Shown here piece after piece: positions 62,500 through 64,000 of a DNA stretch of 64,000 nt. The notes beneath the pieces were generated by a model, which worked only from the letters and a program-made list of their open reading frames with translations, did no database searches and had not been told where the DNA came from. The stretch comes from Octopus vulgaris (Eukaryota): assembly GCA_951406725.2 (NCBI GenBank), contig OX597817.1, forward strand, positions 88,350,001-88,414,000. The letters run 5' to 3'. The first letter of the stretch is position 1, and each line of letters opens with the position of its first letter. Position numbers and translations under genes: made by a program.

Positions 62500-62790
62500 G
62501 ACTTTTCATATGGTTATCTACCACAAACTATTTGTCTACCAGAACAGACTTACACGGCTAGAAGAGCTTACCAAGTATTTTGTCAATATCATACATATAT
62601 TGATTCAATAAGTCAGTTTGTGGAGAATAACCTTAAAAATATAATTGTTATGAACTCACAAAGATACAGTGAAGACAACCAATGTCTTATAGAACAAGGA
62701 GAAGATTTCAATAAACTCCGATCACTTCAAACATATTTGCTAAGTGAATCAATGCAAATGGAAATGGATAGATTTCTGGCTGACCTCTGA
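62500..62790 (+). CDS. Uncharacterised host gene, terminal coding exon: DFSYGYLPQTICLPEQ..MEMDRFLADL*
   Basis: Acceptor gttattattttgcag|G (phase 0); 96 codons plus TGA; unique sequence. Confidence 0.8.
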   Translation, partial: DFSYGYLPQTICLPEQTYTARRAYQVFCQYHTYIDSISQFVENNLKNIIVMNSQRYSEDNQCLIEQGEDFNKLRSLQTYLLSESMQMEMDRFLADL

Positions 62791-62869
62791 CAGAATGTAA
62801 CTTTGACACTGAAATATATAACTATGACCACTATATTTTTAGAAAATTTAAAAAGAACATAGATGCAGT

Positions 62870-63540
62870 GAGCTGGCGGCATTTCGCATCTTTACATTCG
62901 GAGTTCAAAATCCACTGAGGTTGGCTTTGCCTTTCATCCTTTTGGGGTCAATAAAATAAATACCAGTTGAGTACTGGTTTTAGTCAGACAAATGGACCCT
63001 AGTACTTATTCGATCAGTCTCTTTTAGAGAACTGCTAATGAGGTTGTAAACAACCAACATCAGTTATTAAGTGGTGGTGGGGCAAACACAAATACAAAGA
63101 CACACACATATACATCTTTCCTTCTATATAGACATATATGTTTGTATACAATGGGCTTCTTTCAGTTTCCATCTACAAATCCACTCACAAAACTTTGATC
63201 AGCCTAGGACTATAGCAGAAGACACTTTCCCAAGGTGCAATACAGTGAGACTGAACCAGGAACCACAGTTAGGAAGCAAGCTTCTTAGCACATGATCATG
63301 CCTGTGCCTCAGATCAATTTGATCCAGATGCAATATTGATTTAAAATTTAGGGACAAGGTCAGTATTTTCAAGGGAGGGTGAAAGTCAATTAGATTGACC
63401 CCAGTGCTCAACTGGTACTTATTTTATCGATCCTAAAAGGATAAAAGGCACAGTCAATCTTGGCAGAATTTGAACTCAGAATTTGAAATGCTACTAAGCA
63501 TTTTTCCCAGCATGCGAATGATTCTGCCAGCTTACCCCCT
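62870..63540. mobile_element. Cluster of SINE fragments (CORE-like +, tRNA-SINE -, CORE-like -)
   Basis: Homology to copies at 32608, 35205 and 5283. Confidence 0.65.
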
Positions 63541-64000
63541 TAGAAACATCTGCAATATTAAACAAACTAGTGTGTAATTATTAGTCTGTGATAACAATGC
63601 TTTCTGGTAATTATCAATTTCCCCCAACATTATTGATATTCACAAGCAGTGATCTCAAATAATTAACACTAATGTGTGTGTGTGTGTGTGAGTCTATTAT
63701 TTTAACATGACACTCCCATATTGGTATCGGACTATTTGGAACATGAAATGAAGTAGAAGGAATAGGTTGGTGGTTTCCTAGACATCCCTTTGGTTACATC
63801 TTTGCAACTGGCTCAGAAGATAGACTCAGTAAATGGCAACCTGAAAATACATTACAGGGTCCTTTTGTATGCATGCAAGCTAAGTTCCACTGGTTAAAAG
63901 TGATTCAAGGCAATGAAAATGTAGATAAGAGAAAATAAGACAAGGACGTATCAAATAATAACAAATAAGAATTTATTTGAAGAAATTTCAATATTTTAAA

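Overview
AT-rich, microsatellite-dense eukaryotic (animal) DNA. The SINE/RTE/Penelope/Helitron/mariner mix resembles an octopus (coleoid cephalopod) genome; this is an inference from repeat content. Most ORFs in the track are microsatellite or SINE artefacts. Supported content: (1) a complete, phase-consistent 4-exon protein-coding gene on + (56408-62790, about 234-241 aa, no domain I recognise), with candidate upstream non-coding exons; (2) a probable start-codon exon of a second gene on - (4704-4917) that runs off the left edge; (3) many mobile elements: an IR-DR Tc1, DD34D mariners, DD37D/maT-like elements, RTE LINEs, CRE-like LINE ends, Helitrons, TTAA MITEs, tRNA-SINEs and at least two kinds of Penelope-like element (PLE). 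The most striking signal is about ten minimal type I hammerhead-ribozyme-like motifs in PLE termini or solo PLE tails, mostly inside (TA)n tracts. They include a U3-A8 core variant, an inferred G3-C8 variant, palindromic stem III (dimer-type) and an inverted ribozyme pair. One PLE insertion also carries an inverted 59-bp copy of neighbouring host DNA. All folds were read by eye and none were computed.
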